NCBI GenBank assembly: GCA_937935915.1 | Contig: CALGWE010000171.1 | Location: 1-40,365 of the forward strand | Length of the DNA: 40,365 bases | Source: an uncultured Clostridia bacterium | GTDB taxonomy: Bacteria > Bacillota > Clostridia > Lachnospirales > Cellulosilyticaceae | Reading direction: 5' to 3' | Part shown: piece by piece, positions 30,471 through 39,944 of the stretch | Numbering within the stretch: the stretch's first letter is position 1 | How the letters are laid out: each line of letters begins with the position of its first letter | The notes under the pieces: generated by a model | The model's database searches: none | The model's input: the letters and a program-made list of their open reading frames with translations, nothing else | What the model was told of the DNA's origin: nothing | Made by a program: the position numbers and the translations under genes

Positions 30471-31319
30471 ATGAAATACGGAATAGTCGTTGATTCTGGA
30501 TGTGACCTTACGCATTTAGGCCATCCTACACTTATAAATAAATTTGATTTTACAAGGGTTCCCCTTAAACTTGATATAGGTGAAACTGAATTTATTGATG
30601 ATTTTAATCTTGATATAGAAAAGTTTATGGCCGAAATGTATGCCTATGAGGGTAAGACAGGCAGCGCTGCACCTAGCCCACAGACCTGGCTTAGTGCTTA
30701 TGAAAAATCTGAATATGTATTTGCTGTTACCATAACAAGTGGCTTATCTGGAAGTTATAATAGCGCTCAAATAGCAGCAGACCTCTTTAAAGCACGTTAT
30801 CCTGAACGCAAAATTTATGTTATAGATTCTAAATCTGCTGGACCTGAAATTACCCTTATCGTTAGAAAGCTTACTGAATACATTAATGCTTCTATGAGCT
30901 TTGATGAAATCGTTGAAAACATAGAAAATTATCGTCAAAATACGCATTTACTCTTTGTACTTCAATCTCTTGATAACTTCATCAAAAATGGGCGTATAAG
31001 CAAATTACAAGGCACCATGGCAGGCATTCTCGGTATAAAAATATTAGGTACTACTACTGAAGAAGGCACTTTAGACTTATTGCAAAAATGTCGCGGTAAA
31101 ATGACTGCCTATGATAAAGCTATTGAAGAATTATTTGCAAGAGGCTTTAACGGTAAACGTCTCATTATTGCTCACTGCTTTGCACCCGAACTGGCTAATT
31201 ATATTGCTCAAAAAGTACAATTAGCCTTCCCAACTAGCGAAATTGAAATTATGCCAACAAGTGGACTTTGCAGCTATTATGCTGAACGAAAAGGTATCCT
31301 CATTGGCTTTGCATCATAA
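30471..31319 (+). CDS. DegV family fatty-acid-binding protein
   Basis: DSGCDL, SAAPSP, ITSGLSGSYNSA, IDSKSAG, KNGR. Confidence 0.92.
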   Translation: MKYGIVVDSGCDLTHLGHPTLINKFDFTRVPLKLDIGETEFIDDFNLDIEKFMAEMYAYEGKTGSAAPSPQTWLSAYEKSEYVFAVTITSGLSGSYNSAQIAADLFKARYPERKIYVIDSKSAGPEITLIVRKLTEYINASMSFDEIVENIENYRQNTHLLFVLQSLDNFIKNGRISKLQGTMAGILGIKILGTTTEEGTLDLLQKCRGKMTAYDKAIEELFARGFNGKRLIIAHCFAPELANYIAQKVQLAFPTSEIEIMPTSGLCSYYAERKGILIGFAS

Positions 31320-31371
31320 AATAACAAGAGGTTGTTACAAAAGTTTATTTTGTAACAACCTCTTGTTATTT
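31319..31371. terminator. Bidirectional terminator with perfect 24-bp arms
   Basis: AAATAACAAGAGGTTGTTACAAAA-gttta-TTTTGTAACAACCTCTTGTTATTT between convergent genes. Confidence 0.8.
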
Positions 31372-31416
31372 ATTCTATCAATTTATTTAAATACCTACTT
31401 GAAACACCCATCCCTA

Positions 31417-32286
31417 CTAATCTACACATCTTCTCATACAAATCATAGATTTTTGTGCTACTCCAATATCACTAGCAATGACTTCACATTTTGTCATCAG
31501 CATAAAGTAAATACTTTTATCTTTTTCCTCACTTAAAGATTCATAATTTGCTTGCCCCTTTGCAATGACCACATCTGCCTTTTTATAAATCTCTTTAAAT
31601 TTATCACTAGCTCTTTCTAGTACTGTTCCCAATGAATAATCTCCATTACTTACTACTTTAGCATACTTATCTATTCCCACAGCATAAGCATCTTCTTCAA
31701 TGGAATCATTTACTACAGCTGCTCCCCTTGTACCAAAATAAATATCTAACCGAGGATTTAATGCTTTAATTTGCTTAACTAATATTTTATCCAAGCAAAT
31801 CTCACCACAATTATCTCCTAAGTAAAGCAGTGTCTTTCCTCTTTTTAATTCATCTATTAGCTCTGCTACATTATTGATGATAAGCTCCCTATGATCTACC
31901 TCATTAAAGTAAGTCATTACATCTTCCATCTTCGTTGTATGTATCGGATTAAAATCTATGATATTCCCTAGTATAGCGTACTTTATAGCCGTTTCAATAG
32001 GACTGTTACTTGCACTTATTTTATCTTCAAACTCCTTTTCCATCTCTAAAAATAAGCGATTATAATATCTTCTAATATTTAAATAAGGATCTTCATTACC
32101 TATATATTCCTTGACCATTTTAAAAGTCTCATCTATCACTTCTGGGTTCGTCTTGTTAAAGTCTATTTCACCTAGAAACTTAAATACATCACGAAATAAT
32201 TCATCTCTATTTGGTACATTGGTCATTTCAGATATTTTCACAACTTGATTAATTAAACATGGTAAACAATTATAGTTAATCTTTAT
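31417..32286 (-). CDS. DUF89/ARMT1-like damage-control phosphatase with ATA at the expected start
   Basis: GNIID, DNCGE, VND, KGQANYESL, KC motifs; the reading frame extends to (I)KINYNCLPC at 32286 behind a GAGGGAG RBS. Confidence 0.85.
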   Translation of the reverse strand: MKINYNCLPCLINQVVKISEMTNVPNRDELFRDVFKFLGEIDFNKTNPEVIDETFKMVKEYIGNEDPYLNIRRYYNRLFLEMEKEFEDKISASNSPIETAIKYAILGNIIDFNPIHTTKMEDVMTYFNEVDHRELIINNVAELIDELKRGKTLLYLGDNCGEICLDKILVKQIKALNPRLDIYFGTRGAAVVNDSIEEDAYAVGIDKYAKVVSNGDYSLGTVLERASDKFKEIYKKADVVIAKGQANYESLSEEKDKSIYFMLMTKCEVIASDIGVAQKSMICMRRCVD

Positions 32287-32484
32287 TTTCTTCTCCCTCT
32301 AAATATGTCTATTTTTAGTCCCTAATCATATCTACTTTGCTCCTTACATTTTAGTTCTATAATAAATTTCCCCACTATAATAGTCAATACTTTCAGAACA
32401 GTACTTTAAATATAAAAGTAGGACAGCCATCTAACTAATCTAATTGATTAATTAGGCGGCAGCCCCTTATTTTTTAATATATCT

Positions 32485-32913
32485 TTATTCTAAACGACTT
32501 AACATACCTTGAAGCATACTTGCATGTCTTGCTTCATCTCTAGCCGCATGATCAATAAATGTATATAACTCTTCTAAACCAGCTACTTTTGCTTTTTGTG
32601 CTAATTCTGCTTTTAGTTTATTAGAGCCCATTTCACCATTAATCATATTCGTAATATTCGTCTTTGTACATTCAGAAACTCTTCCCATTAATTCAGCATA
32701 TTGAGCTGCATGTTCTGCTTCTTCCCAAGCAATTACTTTAAGTACCTCCGCAATCTCAGCATATCCAGCACGTTGTGCTACCCTAGCCATAGCAAGATAA
32801 AGTCCTACTTCTGCTGTTTCACCTGTAAATTGACCATTAATAACGTCCTTAAATTCTTCATTATCCTTTATAAGACCAAGTTGATTTTCTACTGCAAAAT
32901 TTAGCTTTTCCAC
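32485..32913 (-). CDS. Rubrerythrin/ferritin-like di-iron protein
   Basis: GE..EVGLYLAMAR.A, EEAEHAA, DEARH; AGGAGG RBS with GTG start. Confidence 0.88.
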   Translation of the reverse strand: MEKLNFAVENQLGLIKDNEEFKDVINGQFTGETAEVGLYLAMARVAQRAGYAEIAEVLKVIAWEEAEHAAQYAELMGRVSECTKTNITNMINGEMGSNKLKAELAQKAKVAGLEELYTFIDHAARDEARHASMLQGMLSRLE

Positions 32914-33090
32914 TCTACTACCTCCTATTATCTAATAACAATAGTAGTATTCCAATTAACTTTATATTTATGATACTTTAACAAATAATCTATTATCCTT
33001 ATTTAAATTAAATTCTAAGATAAGAAAAGACACCCCAATAGCTTGGGGCGCCTTTTCTTAATCATTTTCTATTTCAACAAAATAAATGTA

Positions 33091-35199
33091 TTATTTTGAG
33101 CCTACATAATCCGCTATTTCTTTATGATCTTTTAGCATTTGTCCACCTATAACGTAATAACCATCACACTGTGTAATACGTAAGATTTCTCCTTTAAGTC
33201 CTTCACCATTAAGTACCTCAAAATCTTCTATGTATAGTTCAATTATTTGTCCATCTTTACCATCAAGGGCTTTATCCTTAGTCATGAAACAAAAGCCATT
33301 AGCACAAATATTTTTCATTTCTCCTCTAAGTACATAATTATTATCTAAAATCTTAACCTGGCAAGAATTTTTAATATCTAATCTAGTATATTTTCTTCTA
33401 TTAGATATTTTAGGATTTCCTTTTACTTTTAAATAATGGTAGTTATTTGCACCTACTTTTTTAAGTGATATTTTCACATCTTCCCATGCGTAAATAATAT
33501 TTTTATAAGTAACTACTATCTTTATATCTAACTGCTTCTTCTTATTAAAGGTTATAACTTGACCATTATTTTCAAGTGGCTTGATTAAAATGCCTTCTTC
33601 TTCAACTTGTTGAATTGTTGCATTATAATATTCATTCATCGCAGTAGCATGATCTTTGATATATATTTCTAAGTTTAACCCTTTTTGTAAATCTTTAAGT
33701 TGCATAAAGCCTTCATTCCCAAGTTCTGCTACTAACTCAGCAACTATACTTTCGTTATTTTTTACATTTTCAGATGTTTGTTTATACTTGCTAGCCATTT
33801 CTTTAGCTACATATTCGGCATCTTGTACTTTAAGCGTAATCTGTTCCATTACATCTGTAATATCTTGCATATTTGTTACCATATGTGCATTCGAAACTTC
33901 AACTTCGTTAATTGCCTGATTAATAATATTGATATTTTCACCTAAACGGCTAGTATCTTCAGATATCCCTTGTACACTTATATTAACCTGATTTACTTTA
34001 ACTAAAGACTCATTAATATTCTCTGTAATTTCATTAACTGATTCTATAACTTTACTTGAAGTTTGCTCTAGACTTTGCAGGGCATTATAAATGCTATCTG
34101 AAGAATCCTTTGTAAGATTACTTAACTTCCTAATTTCTTCAGCAACGACTGCAAATCCTTTACCAGCTTCCCCTGCTCTTGCTGCTTCAATCGAAGCATT
34201 TAAAGCTAATAGATTAGTTTGTTCTGTAATACTATTAATAGTTCCCATCTCATCCTTAGCTTGTGCAAAAACATGATTAAACTCATTAATTGCATCCTCC
34301 ACCTGACTAGATAAATCAGCCATAATATTAGCTAATTGAACTACTTCCTGTAACTCATTTTTACTAAGCTTCGTATGATTTGTTGATTCATCAATAAGTT
34401 GCACCATTACCGCAATAAGCTCTGCAACATTATGAACTTGTGTATTAATTGTTGTTGTCATATCTTGTGAAGATCTTGTCTTATCATAAAGTACCTGATT
34501 ATTATCAAGTAAATCCGACATATTACTTACTACTTGATGCGCATCCTGTAAATTATCATCTGATAATTCTCTTACTATTTTCATACCATCTACAATTTTA
34601 TTACTGGCTGTTTTAACTTTATTTACTACATTTACAACTGTATCTAAATTGTCTTTGATATTTCCCATCATCGTATTATCAACAGTAATTAAATGGTCAA
34701 TCGACATACCATATCCTATAAAGCATAATACAATACACACTAATTGAATCTGATATGTTGCTAGGTCTGATCCTAAATAATTTCCTGTTATAAGACTCTT
34801 GACAATAGAAATAATAGTAATAACTGTTGCACCAATACCTGTTCGTTTAATATACTTTTTATCTTTAAATAAAACAAGCATACTCGTAAGTGGTAAAATG
34901 TATACAAAAACCTCATTTGAGCTACTTGTAAGTAAGGCAAAGGTATAAGTTGCTCCATATCCCAAACAAATAGCATATTTAAAATACCCTGTGTGTGCAC
35001 CTTTTATCTTTAAAATCAACATCCCAACTGCATATGGCACCCAAATAAATAATAAAAATACCATATAATACTGTAAGCTTTTTCTTCCAGATACTACCTG
35101 TATCATATAAGCAACTGTCAAAAGTATGCACAGTATACACCATATAAGTGTTGCCTTTCTATTAGCACTTCTATCGAAATGCTCTTGTGTATAATTCAT
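33091..35199 (-). CDS. Methyl-accepting chemotaxis protein with multi-TM N-terminus and C-terminal PilZ domain
   Basis: About 6 TM helices, MCP signature, C-terminal NRRKYTR (RxxxR) and NICANG. Confidence 0.88.
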   Translation of the reverse strand: MNYTQEHFDRSANRKATLIWCILCILLTVAYMIQVVSGRKSLQYYMVFLLFIWVPYAVGMLILKIKGAHTGYFKYAICLGYGATYTFALLTSSSNEVFVYILPLTSMLVLFKDKKYIKRTGIGATVITIISIVKSLITGNYLGSDLATYQIQLVCIVLCFIGYGMSIDHLITVDNTMMGNIKDNLDTVVNVVNKVKTASNKIVDGMKIVRELSDDNLQDAHQVVSNMSDLLDNNQVLYDKTRSSQDMTTTINTQVHNVAELIAVMVQLIDESTNHTKLSKNELQEVVQLANIMADLSSQVEDAINEFNHVFAQAKDEMGTINSITEQTNLLALNASIEAARAGEAGKGFAVVAEEIRKLSNLTKDSSDSIYNALQSLEQTSSKVIESVNEITENINESLVKVNQVNISVQGISEDTSRLGENINIINQAINEVEVSNAHMVTNMQDITDVMEQITLKVQDAEYVAKEMASKYKQTSENVKNNESIVAELVAELGNEGFMQLKDLQKGLNLEIYIKDHATAMNEYYNATIQQVEEEGILIKPLENNGQVITFNKKKQLDIKIVVTYKNIIYAWEDVKISLKKVGANNYHYLKVKGNPKISNRRKYTRLDIKNSCQVKILDNNYVLRGEMKNICANGFCFMTKDKALDGKDGQIIELYIEDFEVLNGEGLKGEILRITQCDGYYVIGGQMLKDHKEIADYVGSK

Positions 35200-35616
35200 C
35201 TTAATACTCCTCCCTCTAGGATTTCTTAATAAAACTTGAAATCTAGCTTTCCCCTAGAATATTTCTTGAAAATTATATCATTAATTCCAACCTTTTTCTA
35301 TTATTTTTTACAATAATTTCCAATAAATAAAAATATCTTATATTCTTTCTATATTAAAACAATAAAATCCTAAAACACTTTTTAACCCTTTAGGCTAATT
35401 CATACTTTAGGATTTTTAATTAATTTATTATATTTTTCTTTTAATAGTGCATAAGGTGATTCATAATTTTCATTAGGATGCTTTATGATTAATAAATTTA
35501 ACCTTGAAAGTCCTTTATTCAAACTAAGTTTTGAAACTAAAAATGAAAAAGACGCTCCATCCTGCAAGAGGTAGTGTCAATTCATTAATTTATCATTCAT
35601 ATTAATTTCTCTCTTA

Positions 35617-35664
35617 TATCACTTACTTATGATACGGTTCACCGTTTCATTAGCAAGTGATAAC
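35617..35664. repeat. 48-bp palindromic site, copy 1
   Basis: TATCACTTACTTATGATACGGT-TC-ACCGTTTCATTAGCAAGTGATA-AC. Confidence 0.95.
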
Positions 35665-35723
35665 CTTTTTTCCCTCTATATTTAATAAAAGGTTATTTAA
35701 AACTACTCCTTTAATTACTATAT

Positions 35724-36728
35724 TTATTTAAATAGGATGTCAAACTCTTCTCCTATCTTTTTAAAATCATTACTTAAGCGTCCGCTTTCTTCAGGAAATT
35801 TAACTGTATATAGTGCCAAAGTATAACTTTTAGCACCCTCATGTTTACTCGAAAAATAATCATTTAACTTTAATACCCCTTCTGTTCCTTTTTGATTAGT
35901 AAAAGTAAATACTATTGGATTTCCTAGATTATCTTTCCCCCTAAGCTCTATATCATAACTCATATTGGGTTGACTTAAATTAAAGTAGATTTTTTCTCCC
36001 ATATCATTAGCTGCATAACGTATAAATGTTATCTGCGTTTCATCTGGTAACATAAATGTCTGACTCATTTTCTGACTTTTTGTACGTGCTGACAGTGCTT
36101 CTCCATTTGTACTAAATTCAAACTTCCAAGTTCCTTTTTGTCTATCATTCCCAACCTTTACATTATTAAAAACAAGCGCCACATCTAGCTTACCTGTATA
36201 GTTTTCTCCTAATTGATAATGCATAACTTCTTCCACCGTATAATCGTCTATTTCTCTTGAGCCACCTCCCCTTGCGCCATTAACTTCTCTGCCATTAACA
36301 TAAACAGATGCCCTTGCATATATATGCTTTCCTTCAATACACTCAGTAGATTTAACAGTTGTTGAGACAATCAGTTCCTCTCCATCAAGGATTACCTCAT
36401 TAAGTTGTATTGTCACATTTCCTTTGGTAATGGCTTTATTAATAACAGTTGTATAGCTATCTAAATCCTTCTCTATCCCTAAAAAGTTGACAATACTATG
36501 TGCCACCGGATTTGTCATTGCAAATGAGGGAATGGTACCTAGTATCCCTACACTCATTATTGCTGCAGCTATTACCCCTGCGTATTTTTTATAACTCCTA
36601 TTAGGAATAGTACTCTTTCTAAATTTTTTCATAATCCTTTTCGTTTCAAGTTCTGTAAAATTCTCTCTCTTTAATTCAGTTAAATCTATTTCCATATCAT
36701 TTAATAAATCATAAATATCTTGCTTCAT
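35724..36728 (-). CDS. DUF4179-type anti-sigma factor
   Basis: DIYDLLND N-terminus, single TM, IQLNEVILDG and GTWKFEF; directly downstream of the ECF sigma. Confidence 0.85.
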   Translation of the reverse strand: MKQDIYDLLNDMEIDLTELKRENFTELETKRIMKKFRKSTIPNRSYKKYAGVIAAAIMSVGILGTIPSFAMTNPVAHSIVNFLGIEKDLDSYTTVINKAITKGNVTIQLNEVILDGEELIVSTTVKSTECIEGKHIYARASVYVNGREVNGARGGGSREIDDYTVEEVMHYQLGENYTGKLDVALVFNNVKVGNDRQKGTWKFEFSTNGEALSARTKSQKMSQTFMLPDETQITFIRYAANDMGEKIYFNLSQPNMSYDIELRGKDNLGNPIVFTFTNQKGTEGVLKLNDYFSSKHEGAKSYTLALYTVKFPEESGRLSNDFKKIGEEFDILFK

Positions 36729-36732
36729 TTTC

Positions 36733-37266
36733 TCACCTTCCTATTCCTTGAACAATTTTTTTGATTTTTCGTTTTCCCCTAGAAACATGATTATAAATAA
36801 CATCTAACTTCATCCCTGTCACTTCTGCAACCTCTTTCACGGTCTGCTCTTCTATATATAAACGTCTAAATAAGTCTCTATCTTGTTCATTTAAGCATGC
36901 TAATATGTAGTCATAGTCTTCTTCTATTTCATGTTGCTCTTCTTGTACTAGCATTTCCCCTAATTTATCAAGTTCCTTATTCTCTAAATCCCTTAAATAC
37001 TTTCGCATATAATCAAATGTCTTATATTTAGAAATCCCTGCTACCCAATTGCTAAAGTTATTTCTTCTTGAATCAAATTGATTAATATTATTCCAAATCC
37101 CCATTAAGATATCATTGATACACTCTTCATGATAACCTTGCAAATTATAAAGCTGTTTTCTTACAATAGCCTTGATAATCCACCCATACTGTTTGATTAC
37201 ATATTCTAAAGCTTCTTCATTTTTATGCTTGAGCTCTTCTATAAAGTTTTCCTCTGTAATCTTCAT
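36733..37266 (-). CDS. ECF RNA polymerase sigma-70 factor
   Basis: EEALEYVIKQY, ECINDI..IW.NI..FD, F.NW, DY.RK, region 4 HTH VSRGKRKIK. Confidence 0.93.
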   Translation of the reverse strand: MKITEENFIEELKHKNEEALEYVIKQYGWIIKAIVRKQLYNLQGYHEECINDILMGIWNNINQFDSRRNNFSNWVAGISKYKTFDYMRKYLRDLENKELDKLGEMLVQEEQHEIEEDYDYILACLNEQDRDLFRRLYIEEQTVKEVAEVTGMKLDVIYNHVSRGKRKIKKIVQGIGR

Positions 37267-37724
37267 ACCCTACTCCTTTCATCCCTCTTTATATCATCAC
37301 TTAATATTTCGTAGGTAATACTATTTTTCTATCATCTAATAAATATTTTAGGCTAATATACTTTCATTTTATCTGTTCTACTCTTCCCTAAAAAATAAAT
37401 AGTTCTAGGATATTATATAAAATCCTAGAACTATTTATAATCACTGTACCCATTTATTCTATATTATATTTTCTCGATTTACTTCTCTTTAAAGCTCTCT
37501 TCTAGTAGTTGTTCTTAAAGATATTTATATAAAATCTATATGTAAACTTTTAACATCTAATCCTATTACTACTTCAGCATTTATGTTATACTATCCAAGT
37601 ATTAAACCTAAATAAACCGTAGATGGATGGCTACGGAGGTTTTGAACGTTTTATCCTCCTTGGGCTATTGGTGATATTTTATTTATTAAATTATTCATCA
37701 TGGCACAAAGGGGGTGGTATTGGA

Positions 37725-37892
37725 ATGTTAATACTATTAATATCAATCATAGGGGTACTAATTATAATGTTAATTAATCTTTCTTTTAAACATGGTGTTT
37801 TCTTAACTCATGTAAAGCTTGATATAAGTCTTAAAGGTCTTAATTTAGAAATTAAGACAAAAGAAAAGAGCAACCCATCCAACCAAGAATAG
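37725..37892 (+). CDS. 55-aa hydrophobic peptide, candidate type I toxin
   Basis: AAAGGGGGTG RBS; MLILLISIIGVLIIMLINLSF TM helix followed by a Lys-rich tail; structured UTRs. Confidence 0.7.
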   Translation: MLILLISIIGVLIIMLINLSFKHGVFLTHVKLDISLKGLNLEIKTKEKSNPSNQE

Positions 37893-38007
37893 TGTTTGCT
37901 CTTTCTTAATATCTTTTTATAATACAATTCCAATAGCCCTAAAATAAAACAAACGTCTCACTTTAGGAATGCTTGGTAGTTGGTAGCTACTGAGCATTTC
38001 TTTATAT
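37859..38007 (-). ncRNA. Candidate antisense antitoxin RNA (~150 nt)
   Basis: Minus-strand extended -10 TGCTATAAT (38014-38022) and terminator AAAGAGCAA/TTGCTCTTT + U-run overlapping the toxin 3' end. Confidence 0.55.
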
Positions 38008-38076
38008 ACTTATATTATAGCAAGGTTTCCTTAAAAATAAACCCTTTTTACAATACATTTTGCAGACGATGTATCA

Positions 38077-38361
38077 TTATATATTCCTCATCATATCTGT
38101 TCCAATACCATATCCACGAAAATCTGTATATAAGGATATAGCCAATTCTACTGTGTTTTCATCAATACTTCCATAACCATTAATATTCCTCACCCAAACT
38201 GCTCCAACAATTTTTTTCTCACTTTCGGCACATAAACAATAATCATCTTTAGCGCTTCCAAAATCCTCTATGTACACCTTAAGTTCTGGTTTCTCTATAA
38301 TAGATTTTGGTACTAAGTTATCTTTATCTGGCTGAAAGATTGCTTCATATAAAAATTCCTT
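38077..38361 (-). pseudogene. GNAT acetyltransferase fragment truncated at both ends
   Basis: KEFLYEAIFQP..PELKVYIEDFG..VGAVWVR..ELAISL..RGYGIGT; in-frame TAA just upstream and no ATG; premature stop after motif A. Confidence 0.8.
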
Positions 38362-38427
38362 ATGATTTTACACTCTAAGTATATCACCCATTTTAAGGAT
38401 CATCTTTATATTCATAGATAATATTTC

Positions 38428-38475
38428 TATCACTTATTTATGATACGGTTCACCGTTTCATTAGCAAGTGCTAAC
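38428..38475. repeat. 48-bp palindromic site, copy 2
   Basis: TATCACTTATTTATGATACGGT-TC-ACCGTTTCATTAGCAAGTGCTA-AC (2 differences from copy 1). Confidence 0.95.
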
Positions 38476-38500
38476 TTCTACACTATTAAGTCTCTTTATA

Positions 38501-39709
38501 CTACTCAAATTCAGTTAATTTACTTGTATTAATATCGTATAATTTTCTCTTACCCTCTTTTGTTACTAAAATAATTCCTTTATTTTTTAATATGGATATA
38601 CAATTTCTAATCTTAGTTTTTCCTATATCACCTTCACATATATCATAAATATCTTGAACACCTATTCCTTCATCTCCGAACAATGTATTTTGAATTAGTA
38701 TATAGATAACATTTAATAATTTTTTATCGCTATCTGCTACCTTTTCGCCAATTTTCATATAGTAATCTAATTTATAGCGTCTCTCATTTAATGACTCACA
38801 TAAGCCTTCGATTGACTTTACTAATATTTCTAAGAATGTAATTACAAATGCCGTTAAATCACCTCTATTTTTTTCGTCATTTGCTACTTTAAATGCTTTA
38901 TAGTATGATTGTACATTTTCTTTAATAGTGCATGATAACCTACATGCAACTAAAAACTCAAGTTTTTGAGCTAGTAAATAACTACTAATAAACCTGCTTG
39001 TTCTCCCATTTCCATCATAGAATGGATGAATATACCCAAACATATAATGAAATACAGCTATTCTAATTAAGAACTCATATGAATCATCATTTAAAGCATT
39101 TAAAGCTTCTGACATGGTCTCTATGATTTTGCTTTCTGGATATACCCCTTCATGAATCACTCTATCATTACTCCCTAAAACACTTACATGGTCTTTTCTA
39201 AAGATTTCTCCATCAGGTTCATTTATTGTATTTTCCTGTACTACATCTTTCAGTGCAAATTCATTATATAAGTCTCTAATATCTTGGCATGATGATAATT
39301 TTATTTGTTGTTCTTGTAACAACATCTCATATTTCTTAACTAATCCATAAAAACGTTTATGCTTACTATTGTCTTCTTTATCACTTAATATCTCATTTAT
39401 TTCTCTTCTACTACTATGCACTCCTTCTATTTCATTAGTCATTTTTATTTCATCAACTAAACATCTTTTAGTATATTGCTCTAATGCAATTATTGGTACT
39501 AAACGCATATAACTATATAACTTTTTATCTAATGACATTACTTGCTCTATCTTCTGTAAGACTTCATGAGTAATGACTACAAATGCATTATACCCATTAA
39601 TTTTAAAGCCAAAATGATAAGTAGATTCGCTTTCTATTCTCTTCTTATATGTTTCTTCAAATACTTCTTTTCCTTGATAAAAAAGACTTGAAAGTAATTT
39701 ATATTCCAT
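38501..39709 (-). CDS. Fic family protein with C-terminal winged HTH
   Basis: HPFYDGNGRTSR Fic motif; TNEIEG inhibitory motif; AGGTGA RBS. Confidence 0.93.
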   Translation of the reverse strand: MEYKLLSSLFYQGKEVFEETYKKRIESESTYHFGFKINGYNAFVVITHEVLQKIEQVMSLDKKLYSYMRLVPIIALEQYTKRCLVDEIKMTNEIEGVHSSRREINEILSDKEDNSKHKRFYGLVKKYEMLLQEQQIKLSSCQDIRDLYNEFALKDVVQENTINEPDGEIFRKDHVSVLGSNDRVIHEGVYPESKIIETMSEALNALNDDSYEFLIRIAVFHYMFGYIHPFYDGNGRTSRFISSYLLAQKLEFLVACRLSCTIKENVQSYYKAFKVANDEKNRGDLTAFVITFLEILVKSIEGLCESLNERRYKLDYYMKIGEKVADSDKKLLNVIYILIQNTLFGDEGIGVQDIYDICEGDIGKTKIRNCISILKNKGIILVTKEGKRKLYDINTSKLTEFE

Positions 39710-39877
39710 ATCATCACCTACACTATTAATTTTCTAATTTTACTTATTATAGTGCAATAAATATATTAAGTAAATGGATTTTTATCTCATATATTTATCA
39801 TATTCTATTGTTTTTAATACATATAATCCATATTTATTCTTTTTCTTATTATATTATCTCCATATCATGATATATAT

Positions 39878-39926
39878 AAACAAAACATGGAATAATTCTA
39901 TTTAAATTTTAAGAATCACTCCATGT
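39878..39926 (-). terminator. Terminator-like hairpin just inside repeat copy 3
   Basis: Minus strand ACATGGAGTGATTCT / AGAATTATTCCATGT + TTTGTTT; the mismatches are G-U wobbles on this strand. Confidence 0.6.
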
Positions 39927-39944
39927 CTACCTGAATACTACCTA

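Noticed and set aside
37623..37724. 89-aa version of the small ORF
   Set aside because: No RBS at 37623 and the region forms the structured leader; a strong SD precedes ATG 37725.
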